Positions 38,860-50,000 of a stretch of 64,000 nt of DNA are shown here, piece after piece. Under the pieces are notes generated by a model. The model was not told the DNA's origin. It searched no databases and was given only the letters and a program-made list of their open reading frames with translations. The stretch spans positions 62,001 through 126,000 of the forward strand of contig NMRA01000799.1 of NCBI GenBank assembly GCA_002633005.1, read 5' to 3'. This DNA comes from Phoronis australis (lineage: Eukaryota > Animalia > Phoronida). Every line of letters starts with the position of its first letter. The first letter of the stretch is position 1. The position numbers and the translations under genes are program-made.

Positions 38860-41800
38860 GTGTGTGTGTTTGTGTGTGTGTATATTTATTTATTTATTTA
38901 TTTATTTAATAACTAGGACTCCGGCCCTTGTTACAATCAAATCATCAAATACAATAAAGGTAAGTGTCAAACATTAGAAGTAAACCGAGTTCTTCTTCGC
39001 TTGAATGCGAAATGAACTTATTTACATGTTTACCATATAAGATATTCTTCCTCCATAGTCATGAGTCTGTTGAATTTTGTAACATTGGGATTGTTGTAGC
39101 TCCATGCAGGCATATATCGTTTCCTAAGGCCATCGTAGAACGGGCATTCGATAACAAAATGATGCTCTGACTCGACATATCTCCTAACACAGAGAGAGCA
39201 TAACCTTTCTGTTCTGTTAAGTTTCAAGTGTCAACCCTTTTCAATCATTAGTGCATGCGCCGAACATCTTAATTTGACCATATCAGATCAAACATTTACA
39301 TTGTCAATTACATATAGATAGTTTTCAAACCATATATTTAACTTAAGGGTTCTGTAAGTTTCCAGCTTAATCGAATTGTTCAAAATATCTTATCATTTTT
39401 GCTGATCAATATCTTTGCATCTTTGTTTAAAAAGTGACATGAAGCTTGTCTCAGAACCTACACCCTGACTTATACCATGCTTCTCCAAAACGAAACTGAA
39501 ATAGCAATTTCTTAACATCATTAATCCAGCACGGTTTATTAACATTCTCCGTCATATTGTACATGTAGGACATTAAACGCAGAAATAACAATTAAGTCAA
39601 TGACTTGTTGGAGACCTGTATTGTTGCTTCAAATTTTACCATACAAGTTTCATTTCATTTCTCGTTTGGAATTCTAGGTTTTGTGCCACCCTACTGTTTT
39701 ATGGTCTTTCGTTTAATACTTCGAACTTGACCGGTGGTCCATACGCTAACTTTGCCATATCCGGCGCAGTAGAGATACCAGCACTTTTCTGCACCTACGT
39801 GATGTTGAAAAGTCGACTGGGCAGACGTGGTACCACTTTTCTTACCGTCATGGCGTCAGCTGCGTTCCTGCTAGCCACCGTGCCCATTCCCGAAGGTAAT
39901 GATAGCGGTGGCGGCGCAAGCAGAGGACGGCAATACTCTTGGTGGTTTTGTTAAGAATGGTGGATGGTTATGGTAGTGGCGATGGTGGTGGTGGCGGTGT
40001 GACGTGGTGGCGGTGTGACGTGGTGGCGGCTTGCGTAGTGGCCGCGTGACATAGTGGCGGCGTGACGTGGTGGCGGTGATGCTGGTGGACGGTGTGCTGG
40101 TGCTGGGTGGTTTACGGCATGCTCAACATAGCGGCGGTAGTCGCTGCAGAAAACTGAGTTGAGGTGAAGTTAACTCCGTTTTTCCTCATGAAAAAATAAA
40201 TAAAGGATCACTGGAGGTCGCTTTTCAACCGCCGCGCTACGCTGACTGTTTTTACCTTGAATGTTCAATATTTTGTGACCACAACATATCTTTCATCATC
40301 CAATTGCAAAATGCCTTTTCATGAGCAAACAAGTTCAGTTAGATGAGAGGGTTCTTTTCATACTTGCAGAGTTTGGATGGCTAGTAACTTCCTTGGCAAT
40401 GCTTGGAAAGTTCAGCAGCACTTCGTTCTTTGCTGTTATCTACATCTACACGCCAGAAATGTATCCGACTCCGTTCAGGGCAGTTGCCACCAGTACGATT
40501 TCGACTTTTGGAAGAATTGGTGTCATTGCTGCTCCCTACATCGCTATCACGGTAAGAATCGTATCTCTTTAGTAACTGAGCTTCAGCCCAAGCAACAATG
40601 AAGAGGCGGTTTTGACCAATTTTTTAAACTTTTAAAAAGGATTGGGTTCTCCAAAAGAAATGCCTCAGCTATTTTTTGAAAGAACCCTGCTTTCATTATA
40701 CACCACGGCCAAAACAAGTTTTGCTAACATTCTTAACTAAGTTATCAACAGAAAGAATGGACCTTTCTTTCATCTTCTACCTTTCACGTGGTGGTGGTTT
40801 ATCGATACGTTGTTATAATATTGGTAACTACTCAGCGCCATAATAATTTTAAAGATTGCTGTATATCAAGGTCAGGGGGAGTGGAGCAGGTGTAGAATTC
40901 ACTTTTTCGTTTGTTAGCGTCACTCAATGAAAGTCTAAGATTTCAAAGTCAGCTCATATGTAAACAAAGACATTGTATTAATCGACTGTACGATTTCTTG
41001 TCACTAAACCATTCTCAAGGCAATTGTTCACAATGTTCCAGTCAAGTAAAACACAGATAGAGAAATGGAGAAACGTCTCCACAGGTACACGTTGAAATGC
41101 ATTGTGAAGGGAGAGACCAGAAATCAAAACAAATGAAACAACGCTTCTATTCAGATAGCGCTCATCGTGATTCAGTCGTATGTGCGTAGATTCCTTTAAG
41201 AGGAGGCTGACGTTGGCGCCTTGTATAAAAACATCTGAACACCAGAGTCATGGCATGGCCAGTGAAGTTCGTACTCGTATTTTGGCCAAAAACCTTTGGG
41301 ATTAGTCAAAGACTTCTTATGCAAAAAGTGTACTGATCGTATGGATTGCACCTGGTACGTAACATCAACTTACCGTTTTCCATACTTACAGGGAAAGATA
41401 TACTTCCGGGAACTTCCGTTGATGATTTTTGGATTGGTATCACTAGCTGTGGCCGGGACAATATTCTTACTTCCTGAAACGGGATCCACTTCACTGCCGG
41501 ATACGTTAGACGACTTCAAGAATCTAAAAAAACACAGAATATCGTGCAGTCGGTAAGCGGCGTGAAATTCTATTATGTAATTTGCTCGAAGGCGATTGGG
41601 GTAAACGTTTAGCAACACTTGTCACGTATTGTTTGTTTTGGAACTGTTTACCATGTATTATAGTTACGCAGAGCATAAATGACCAACTTGAACCAATATT
41701 TTTTTTCCATTCTTCGAAACATCAGTGATGCCGTTTTCCAACTTCTCTTAGTACAGCAACTACTGGAGTACTCTCTTTAACTCCGAGAAAAAATCGGAAA

Positions 41801-42638
41801 AACTTGTTTTGGACCATTCTAGTATCTTTTGCTTCATAAAAACCTCAAACTTCCCAAACTTTCTGGCAGAAGCTGAGTATCAAAAATTTTACAAAGATCT
41901 TAGGTAATTCATTGTTTCGGAGCCTGGCGAGAAAGATTTTTCTGAGTAGCGAACCATGTGCATCCAGGAATACAAACAGACACTAAATACTTATAGTCTG
42001 AAACGACTTCAATCGGCTTTCTTTCTTCATTTTTCATGTTTTGCCAAAATCCCACCTTTCGGACACACCATGACTTTACTTTTGTTGATGATCACCCACA
42101 GTTTGTTTTCGTGGCACTGTAGACTTCTGCGGAATATCCACCGTAGGTGACCCGGTTACTTGGATTGTTACGAAAAAATTGCTATCCACTTTCCAGTATA
42201 CCATGGTATTGCATTGATTATGATTTTAGTGTGACGGCACCCTCTCCCACAAACATTTTGCAAAGAACCCCGAGGATGCTGGCTGATCACGTGGTCTTAC
42301 CTCGTGAATGATTACTCATACTAATTGGGCTGCCGCTCCGTAGACCAAAAAGAATCAAAAAAGAAAAGCTAACGTCAGAGGTCGCATGCGATATTTCGGA
42401 ATGCAGACCTATCCAGTTTCTTGCATTTACAGCAACGATATCTATGAGCGTATGTCGATACAATTCAGAATCGTAGTTACTATGCAGGTTTTGAAAGGCA
42501 TCACCATTTTCATGTGTACGATAAAGATGGCTGAACTTGCGTTCGTCTAGTTTCAGAAAAAACACAAGGGAAGAATGCGACGCAAAGGAGTTACAAACTT
42601 TTGAGGTCACCGAGGATCATTTGAAAGCGAAAGTTTAG
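24036..42638 (+). CDS. SLC22: SLC22 family organic ion transporter, copy A (10 exons, apparently intact)
   Basis: Exons 24036-24473, 28546-28649, 32878-33032, 36602-36773, 37672-37825, 38521-38603, 39678-39895, 40370-40551, 41392-41552, 42557-42638, all GT-AG and in phase; motifs GGFGKFQ, WDLVC, SDRFGRK, PESPRWL, EMYPT..R, LLPET. Confidence 0.93.
26127..26266. repeat. 46-nt tandem repeat x3 (copy A intron 1 only)
   Basis: gttcattttggccacccttgtaaggtccccagctgtcacatccaga units starting at 26127, 26173 and 26219. Confidence 0.9.
26670..27820 (-). mobile_element. Decayed pogo/Tigger-like (CENP-B HTH) transposon
   Basis: Minus-strand WYNSFMRRHPGLSLRTPEAMS; segment absent from the paralogous intron near 50745. 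Confidence 0.7.
28546..28649 (+). CDS. SLC22: SLC22 copy A exon 2
   Basis: tacag|WDLVCGKEW...LSDR|gtaatt, 104 nt. Confidence 0.95.
29213..32482 (+). mobile_element. Academ DNA transposon (internally deleted)
   Basis: TAGTCC...GGACTA termini with 3-bp ATA TSD, empty site in paralog near 52100, long degenerate TIRs; internal HELLGCNTVACYYGVGK (XPG-like), DPEDYG and IRCSCK remnants. Confidence 0.85.
32878..33032 (+). CDS. SLC22: SLC22 copy A exon 3
   Basis: tgcag|FGRKR...AFVLG|gtaagt, 155 nt. Confidence 0.95.
33218..34817. mobile_element. Non-autonomous element with subterminal 150-bp hairpin (Crypton-like?)
   Basis: Absent from paralog near 52800; short inverted ends GAAATAT(A)GGCC; no clear TSD; palindrome at 34653-34803. 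Confidence 0.65.
33734..33826. repeat. (TACATA)n plus (TA)n microsatellite
   Basis: Directly visible. Confidence 0.95.
36602..36773 (+). CDS. SLC22: SLC22 copy A exon 4
   Basis: tttcag|LELVGVRYR...AYFIRDW...YAW|gtttgt, 172 nt. Confidence 0.92.
37672..37825 (+). CDS. SLC22: SLC22 copy A exon 5
   Basis: LTPESPRWLL...KQV|gtgagc. Confidence 0.9.
38521..38603 (+). CDS. SLC22: SLC22 copy A exon 6
   Basis: tttcag|SNRPTTLLISLVKSRTMILFTIVNAMLW|gtatgt. Confidence 0.88.
38748..38830 (+). mobile_element. Short 3'-UTR copy of the same LINE, inverted relative to 38885-38973
   Basis: Near-perfect reverse complement of 38885-38973, ending in (AATA)n inside a (TA)n tract. Confidence 0.8.
38885..39550 (-). 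mobile_element. 5'-truncated non-LTR retrotransposon (RTEX-like) 3' end
   Basis: Minus-strand LRCSAHALMIEKG...ERLCSLC...VESEHHFVIECPFYDGLR (CCHC) with an (AATA)n tail; absent from the paralog intron. Confidence 0.75.
39678..39895 (+). CDS. SLC22: SLC22 copy A exon 7
   Basis: FCATLLFYGLSFN...SGAVEIPA...LGRR...PIPE|gtaatg. Confidence 0.93.
39960..40110. repeat. G-rich GTGACGTGGTGGCG repeat, copy A intron 7
   Basis: Visible; homologous to 60180-60370. Confidence 0.85.
40370..40551 (+). CDS. SLC22: SLC22 copy A exon 8
   Basis: AMLGKF...YTPEMYPTPFR...GRIG...APYIAIT|gtaaga. Confidence 0.93.
41392..41552 (+). CDS. SLC22: SLC22 copy A exon 9
   Basis: ttacag|GKIY..LPLMIFG...LLPETGSTSLPDT...CG|gtaagc; read-through gives TAA at 41554-41556. 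Confidence 0.9.
42557..42638 (+). CDS. SLC22: SLC22 copy A probable terminal exon 10
   Basis: ctagtttcag|, phase 2; KNTREECDAKELQTFEVTEDHLKAKV*. Confidence 0.55.
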
Positions 42639-45600
42639 TCTTCTGTGTTAGTTTTATGACTGAAAGGGGTCTTTTAAAACTAATAATAGTATCAAACATT
42701 AACACATTGCTTTCCCTTCAATGAGCGTGTTGGCTGAAGTTCGACTTGTCTACCTCCGACATGTTGCAGTCAGCCGGTGTATCATAGAATTTTGATTCCT
42801 TAAAGATTGACCTCAAATATAATTTTCAACGTCGAAAAGTGACCCCTATGCTCATCTTCAGGTCAAAGTTCAACGCTACACTAGCTGTCTGCAACTACAT
42901 GGTAGTCGTAGCAGATGTCAAACGCGACAAAAGATAGTTCAGTCAGTTAACATGCAGATTTCAATCAATCTCATCATATGGTGTATTTGATAACTGTAAA
43001 AGTATACATCGACGACTAGCCTATAGCAGTGCCCGATTATGCAATAACGGGACTAGTAGCTCTAGTCGAAGTGCGGACCTCTTACTCAAATGCTTATACG
43101 ACGATACTCTCAAAGCAAAAGCAAATACGAGTATCTTCGCTGTTGATAGAGCAAGAAATTAAGACGTATTCTACATTATGAGACATTATGAATCTACTGT
43201 GGAGCGCTATACTGTAGCTGTTGATTGGATTGGATCATTTTAGCACAATTCAGACACCGCAAATCACGGGCCATATGCTTGTTCCAGTTATAATATCAAG
43301 GATTGCACTTTGTCAAATAAATGCATTTTGCAAATTTTTTTCCCTGCTCTGTATCTTAACAACTCCAATAAATCTGTAAAGTCAATGAATTCCTGGTTTC
43401 TTGACGAGTGTCTGTGACTTTTGGCGGCCAGCGTTTTTGTGTGCATTCCTACTTTTTGAACAGCACTACGACACCTGCAATTTTTGAACATCGCTAACTC
43501 AGTGGTTGCCTTGGACCATTGACTGTACACATATTGAAAATGGGAGGGCCCCTAACAAACGTTTCAAATCGGAAACGCATCCCAAAAGCCGTAGGCGTGG
43601 AAACATGATATTACTGCCTCTGTGAAAAACTCTGTGAGTTCGCCTTCGGCCCAAAAATCGCGGAGATGTTTGAAATACGTTTCCTATTCCTTTGCCCTAG
43701 AAACTATTGCGGACAAAAGGTTCTAAAAATATCTAGGTCTTAGAGATTGTCTGGGAAACGTTGTCCGTCACCTGTGTTCTACCTACACGACAAATGAAAA
43801 CAGTGTCGTCTGCTTGGCAATCATGGTTGGCACCAACAGTAGTTTATGTGGAAATAGTTAAATCAGCACTTGGATCTCGAGTTTCAGGAAAAATCATGTT
43901 TGTCACATCAAAGAAATAAGGACAAGAAGCTTTAAGAATTGCTATTTAATTATTCAAAATTCAAGTGTTTGAAGGTTCATTGTGTCGCTTTTGTCAGCGG
44001 TGAACGTCGTCTACGACCTATCAGCACGAAGCAGGGATATCACCTCGCCAAGTCTCAAACGGCTAGACCGATCAGTGCCATCTCGAGGCTTGAGACGAGG
44101 CTGCCACTTCAAAATCTTTGGCGCATGCGCGCATATATATCATTAGGTGCAGACAATTTGAAAACTGGATTGGGATGGAAGACTTTATGTCGTCGGTCAG
44201 GTGAAGGAACTACGGCGCAAGACAACTGTAGACGCACGAGCGTGCTACCTGTAAAGGGCGAACATTCGTAACACCATGGATCTGAATTGCGGGACAAAGA
44301 AAACGATGAAACCGATTCTGGTAATCCTTAGAAATTGGTGAAACATCTTTGTAGAGCCGGCATCTTCTCACAGAATACAGTAGCGCTCGCTGCGGTTAAC
44401 ATGGAAAAACATTTCGTACCTACTCTCCAGAAAATTTCCAACACCCAAACAAACTTGGGCCCTGGGTGGCGACTTGGAGTTATTGGCAGGCTCAGTACTC
44501 TTCAAGATCGATGTACAGGTGAAGCAGATCGCCGTTTTACCCGTTGGATCGGTCATTGGTTCCACAGTTATTGAGGCGCCCTTGATGTTGGGAAGTGATC
44601 ATCAGACATTTGTGTATACATGTAGGTACATGTATATGAAAATTGGCGAAATGGTCCTGTTAAAACCAAGTACCTCTGGTAGATAACCCGGTGAAGCGTG
44701 GACGACTGTTCAACCTATAAACTACAACCAAAGTGTACGAAGAATAGGAGACTTCAACTCCGCCATCTTGCCATTCGCCGCAATGGTTATCGGTCGAAAA
44801 AGCGGCAAACAAGCAACACAAATTTAGCGGCGGAGTCCGAACCATGTCAACACTGATAAATTCATATTTTAATGATGTTCGACGTGCAATAAAATTACTG
44901 TGTAATTGACAATGGGTTTAATATGTAAACTAACATCCACTTATCCAATTAATTGATATTAAAGTGTATTTGCTTTCTTTCTCTTGAAGCTCCCGTCAAA
45001 CGTCATCATGGTTGTGTTTCATGTTTGAGTTCTTAATACGGCAAATTACCGTTCCTCATAACATTGCATCCATCGATGGACTACATAATTTTAGTGATTG
45101 CTCTTAAGTGTTCGGGGGGGGGTTGCCAACAGGTGCCAGCAATGAGGTAAAAGGGAGGAGTGCAAACCAGGTGGGCACCAAATGGATGTTAACCCCCTCC
45201 TAGGGGGGTACATGAGAGGGGTGTTAAACAGGTAAAAACCAATGGGGTATGCCACATGAGTGTTGAACCTCTCCCTGTCTCCCATCGTCACACATTTTGG
45301 TTTTCCCCTGACCATTGACAACAGGTGCAGAGGTAGTGATAAGATTTAGCCGCCTCGTTTTGAGCATGACCCCCAATGACTCTTGCTTGTAATGACTGGT
45401 AGCCATCATGCCCCAGTGTCCTGGGTGTTTTCCAACTTTTCATTAGAAAGTGCTCCCAGCTCAGTGCGCGTTTCTTGTCCACCCAACCATTTTGAATGTG
45501 TTCCCTATTGAATACGCCAGGCTGCTACCAGTGCAGACAATTGTAACTCATGCGTCACCGGCAGCATGTCATGTTTGGAACTCTCGGTGCGCTCGCTCTC

Positions 45601-46618
45601 AGTTGAAATAGATCCAAGAAGTGCACACCTGTTGCATGCCTGCGAAGCCGAAACCAATGGGCGGATTTTTGCCAATTGCCCTGGACTGTTGTGAATGACT
45701 TCAGCAAAGAATTATTAGAGCGTTCTCCTGTACAGTGACTTTACTAGACATAGAGCGGTTGTGAGCTAACTTTCTTGTTAACTGCCAAGCACTTTCTTTT
45801 GCCAGGTATGGCAATAGGCAGGCTAATTATCTACCAGGCTTATTACCGACCACGTGTGAATGAACACAGTGAAACCAAGTGCGAATTCGCATGTTCGGAA
45901 AGAATTGATTGTTAACTTCGGTAGTAGATTTTGGTGATTCAAAAACTAAACATGATCAGGATTTGACCAGGAATTCAGAAATGCTATTGGATTGAATTCA
46001 AGTATGTTATAGCTAAATTTTATTTTTAACAGCACGACCCAGTCAGTCTAGATACGATCTTATTAGAGAGCTGGCCCTGCAACCATAAATGCCAGAATGG
46101 AGTTAATCATTCGTGTGAGATATTGGATACAGGGGTAATCCTTGCAACTTGCTGTTGGGCTATACAATCGAACAAGTTGGGCTCAGAGGGAAAACGCCGT
46201 AATGATTGCACAATATTACGACCCATAGGCTAGACCTAGTGGAGTCAGGGGGTCTATTGAGAGGATGTACGGACAATTGCCGTCAACCTTCTGTACATAA
46301 TCAGTAGTCTCATATGCTTTGACAGGTACAGCTAATTAAATTTAACCGTGCCCATAACGCCAACAATACAATGCCTTTGAAGGGTCAGCGTAGCATTAGA
46401 GGCAACTAGTTCAAATCTAACCGGATTCTATTGGTTAATCAAGCGGTACACTACATGTAGGTTATAGTATGCTTTGACTATGTTCGTACGTATTGCATTG
46501 TGCAATCAAGTCTTCCCATTGAAGTGGGTAGTCAGGCGAAACATTCTAGCTGTTCAAAAGTGACGTTGAAATTTTTCATCAACCAACTTGCAACAATAGT
46601 CAACCTGGACCACGTGAA

Positions 46619-47044
46619 ATGAATGTCGAGGAGTTTTTCGAAGTAACTGGGGGATTTGGAAAATTCCAAAAACTACATTACAGCTTGCTGTCGCTATGTG
46701 GACTTCTAGGCGCATTTTCTACGATGCCTTACGTCTTTCTAACTGCCATCCCTGAATACTGGTGCGCTCCGCCGGTAGATTTCCTGAATCTATCTCGGGC
46801 TGAACGAAAAGCTCTAACTTTACCAGTAGAGAGTTCGAACGAATACAGCAAATGTACGATGTTCGACTGGACTGGGGTGAATGAAACCAGCAGTTGGAAT
46901 GCCACAGTTTTCAAGCGCAGTCAACACTTGTCTACGCGGAATCAGACTTTGGGATATTCGTTAAATGTCTCGTCGCTACCAGTTAAAACGTGTTCATCGT
47001 GGGAATACGATAGATCGCAGTATGCCAGTACTGTTGTCATGCAG
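46619..47044 (+). CDS. SLC22: SLC22 copy B exon 1
   Basis: MNVEEFFEVTGGFGKFQ...STVVMQ|gtaagg. Confidence 0.93.
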
Positions 47045-50000
47045 GTAAGGTCGAGTGCACGAGCGTGCGCAAGTGCAGGCACGTCGGTATCATTACTTAC
47101 GACGCCACAGCGCAACTATATTCAGTCTTTGCTTTAATGCGAATAGATTATTCTGCATCTGTTCACTTACTTTATGTCATGGTACTGGGTTATTTGTTGT
47201 CAACGATAATTAGAGCTTGACATTTCGTCAAGATTTTAGCGATCCAGTGGTATTTTATTTTCACATAATGCAGCAAACCTTGATGAAAATCAGCTAGTTG
47301 AGCGCAAACTTTATTGCCCTAAGTTGATTGACCTCTACTATTCCGAATCTAATGCATCGTGTGTGACTTATTGTCCAGCTTAGCATAAGATAACTGACTT
47401 TCAGAGAGCTACTTTCTAAAGTCAAGAGGTCATTCCCACCTGTAGCCATTATGGTGAAACAATTAACTTGCATACTATAAAGGGTAGAGAATTGTTATTA
47501 TTTCTAGTGAACAACATCACCACGAAGCATCTGTTTTTAGTCAAATTTTCTGCAAAATTCCACAACTGTTCTCAAAAAGTACATGTTTTCTGAAAATAAA
47601 GAGACTGTAGAATTTAATTTTCTACTCAACACAATTCTGGCTTCACATGAACATGTTTTCTTTTACTAAAATTTAGCAAAGAAACAATGTTACAGGAAAG
47701 ATAAAGCATTATCAGCATGGCCAAATTTCATTTCACATAAATATTCATGAACAGATCTCAAAATCAGTTTTCAAAATGCCCTTTTTTATTTTATGCGGTT
47801 TTTAAGATGAAAACCGATATGTTCTGGAAAACCAGTAATTAGAGCCTCAATTTTCATGCGCGCACCCAGTCTTCAAAATGGGGGGCTCGAATTCCTGACG
47901 TTATGGACCTTTTGCTAACAAAAGAGCGGGCGGACTAAAAAAAAACGGGCGCCCCAGTGTGAATTGCGCTTTTGCGCTTATTTACTGGACTTTTGTCCCA
48001 TTTCCTCTGACATTTTGTCTCTCAGAGGCGGACCTTTTTGCCCACTTCGCCAAATGGGGGGATCGTTCGAGCCCCCCGAGCCCCTCCCCCCGGATGCGCG
48101 CATGATTTTGACGGTATCTTATTCAAAAACAAGCCCGTGTAGTCGGGAGAACAACCTCGTCAGCATAGACTCTGTTTCATATGAGCCTGATAAGCATAAA
48201 GTAAGACATTGACCTTTAACCTGGAGGCAAAGGTTAAATGTTAATATCGAAACTAAGTAGAGCATGAACAGTTAAACCATGAATGGGCAAATTTGGATTT
48301 AAAATTCACAGCTTAAATTCGAAGTGATGTGACATTCGATTGCTAATCACAAAGGAAAGACCCGAGGTTTTTAGCTTTAAAATATTTTATTTAAATAAAC
48401 TTTTTAAAAGCATTAGCATTTCTTGAGCAAAGTTGAGGCTGAGAGTCAGAGCATCACTTTCCAAATTACTGTGAAGACAGGATATACTCGAAGTAATAAA
48501 AATTTTATGTTAGTTAAAATACCTTCTTAATATCGACATAGACAAAAGCAAAAAAGCGAGGATCCCCAGGCTGTATAAGGTGCCGAACCTGTCAAAGATG
48601 ACCAGGTACCAAAATGCACAGTTTCAAACAGCATAAAAATAAGATTTTTATTAGGGCTGCTATGTAGTTAGTAACTACTGTGTATCACACTATGTACTGC
48701 AGGAAGAACTTCATACGGAAGCTTGCTTGTCTAAATAAACATATAATATCTACAAAAATACTACAAAGCACAACTATACAAATGGCATCTACAGTCTCTC
48801 TGGAATAACAACACCGCAAATATTATACAAAATATACAACACCAAGTACACAAATCAGGCAAGCTATACTTCGTCTGCAAAATATGATTGCCAGCAAGAA
48901 GACATAGGTCACTACCATGTCGAATTTGTTCAACGAATATTCTATAGTAAACAAAAGAGGACAAAGCACTTGTGCCTGCGACGTCAGGAAACGATGGACA
49001 CATCTACTCAGTATATGAATTTAAGCTCAGTGCTCTTGTTCCATGAAAGTTTAAGTATAGAAACGTTCCAATGTTGGCCTGATGTTATGAGCACTATTCA
49101 ACAAGTTAATGTGTAACTATTGAAGAGTCAAATCATAGGCAAGCCTTATGCTCTATAAGTCAAGAAGCACTTCAAATGAGTTCGAACTATTATGATCAGA
49201 GGGTGTTTTCAGGATGAAATTTTAGGTTTGTTAGGTAACGAAATGAAAAGTTCTAAGATTTTGGAATCGTAAATTAATAATCTTCTACACTGACCACTCA
49301 GTGGCCTATATCTACACTGTATATTCGAGGTGTCGGCCAAAACTCACTTAAAACGTGTCGCAATAAACAGCGAATTGCCGATTACATACAAACTGCAACC
49401 TGGAAAGATTCCGCCAAAAACTCAGAAAGACCTCCCCAAAAATGGGCTGGCTCATACCTTCTATGTACCACAAAAATCAATTCCATATGATTCAATACAT
49501 GCCACTGACCATTCAGTGGCCATGACAGGCAGACACTCTGTGTTGTGCCCGTCAGAAATCCCACATTCTGGCTGGGCTGGGCTATTCAAAACCTATAGCG
49601 GGTAATTGACAATTGTCTTCCCAGCCAGGACCGTAAACTCAAGCCAGTTGGGACTAACTAAGAACAGGGCTTACAAAGTACTACTCTCAATGACCTTGTA
49701 GGAGCATGTAGTCCTTGTTAATAAACAAATCACTTTCAAAATGACTATTGTGTGTGACTAAAATCGATGGCTTACTAACATCCGTAAAATTCGAAGCCAC
49801 TATGTCGACTACGCTTCCCTGCTCTAAGACCAAAATGCAAAAACTTCGGAATGCTGTTGAAAAAACATTTAGACGACGAAATGTCATTAAAAATACACAC
49901 ATTCTCGATTAAGGACTCTGCATTTTAGTTCACTCCTTATATTAACACGCGGGGACGTTAGAAACTCAACTAATTATCGATAATTTCCATTCATTAAAGT

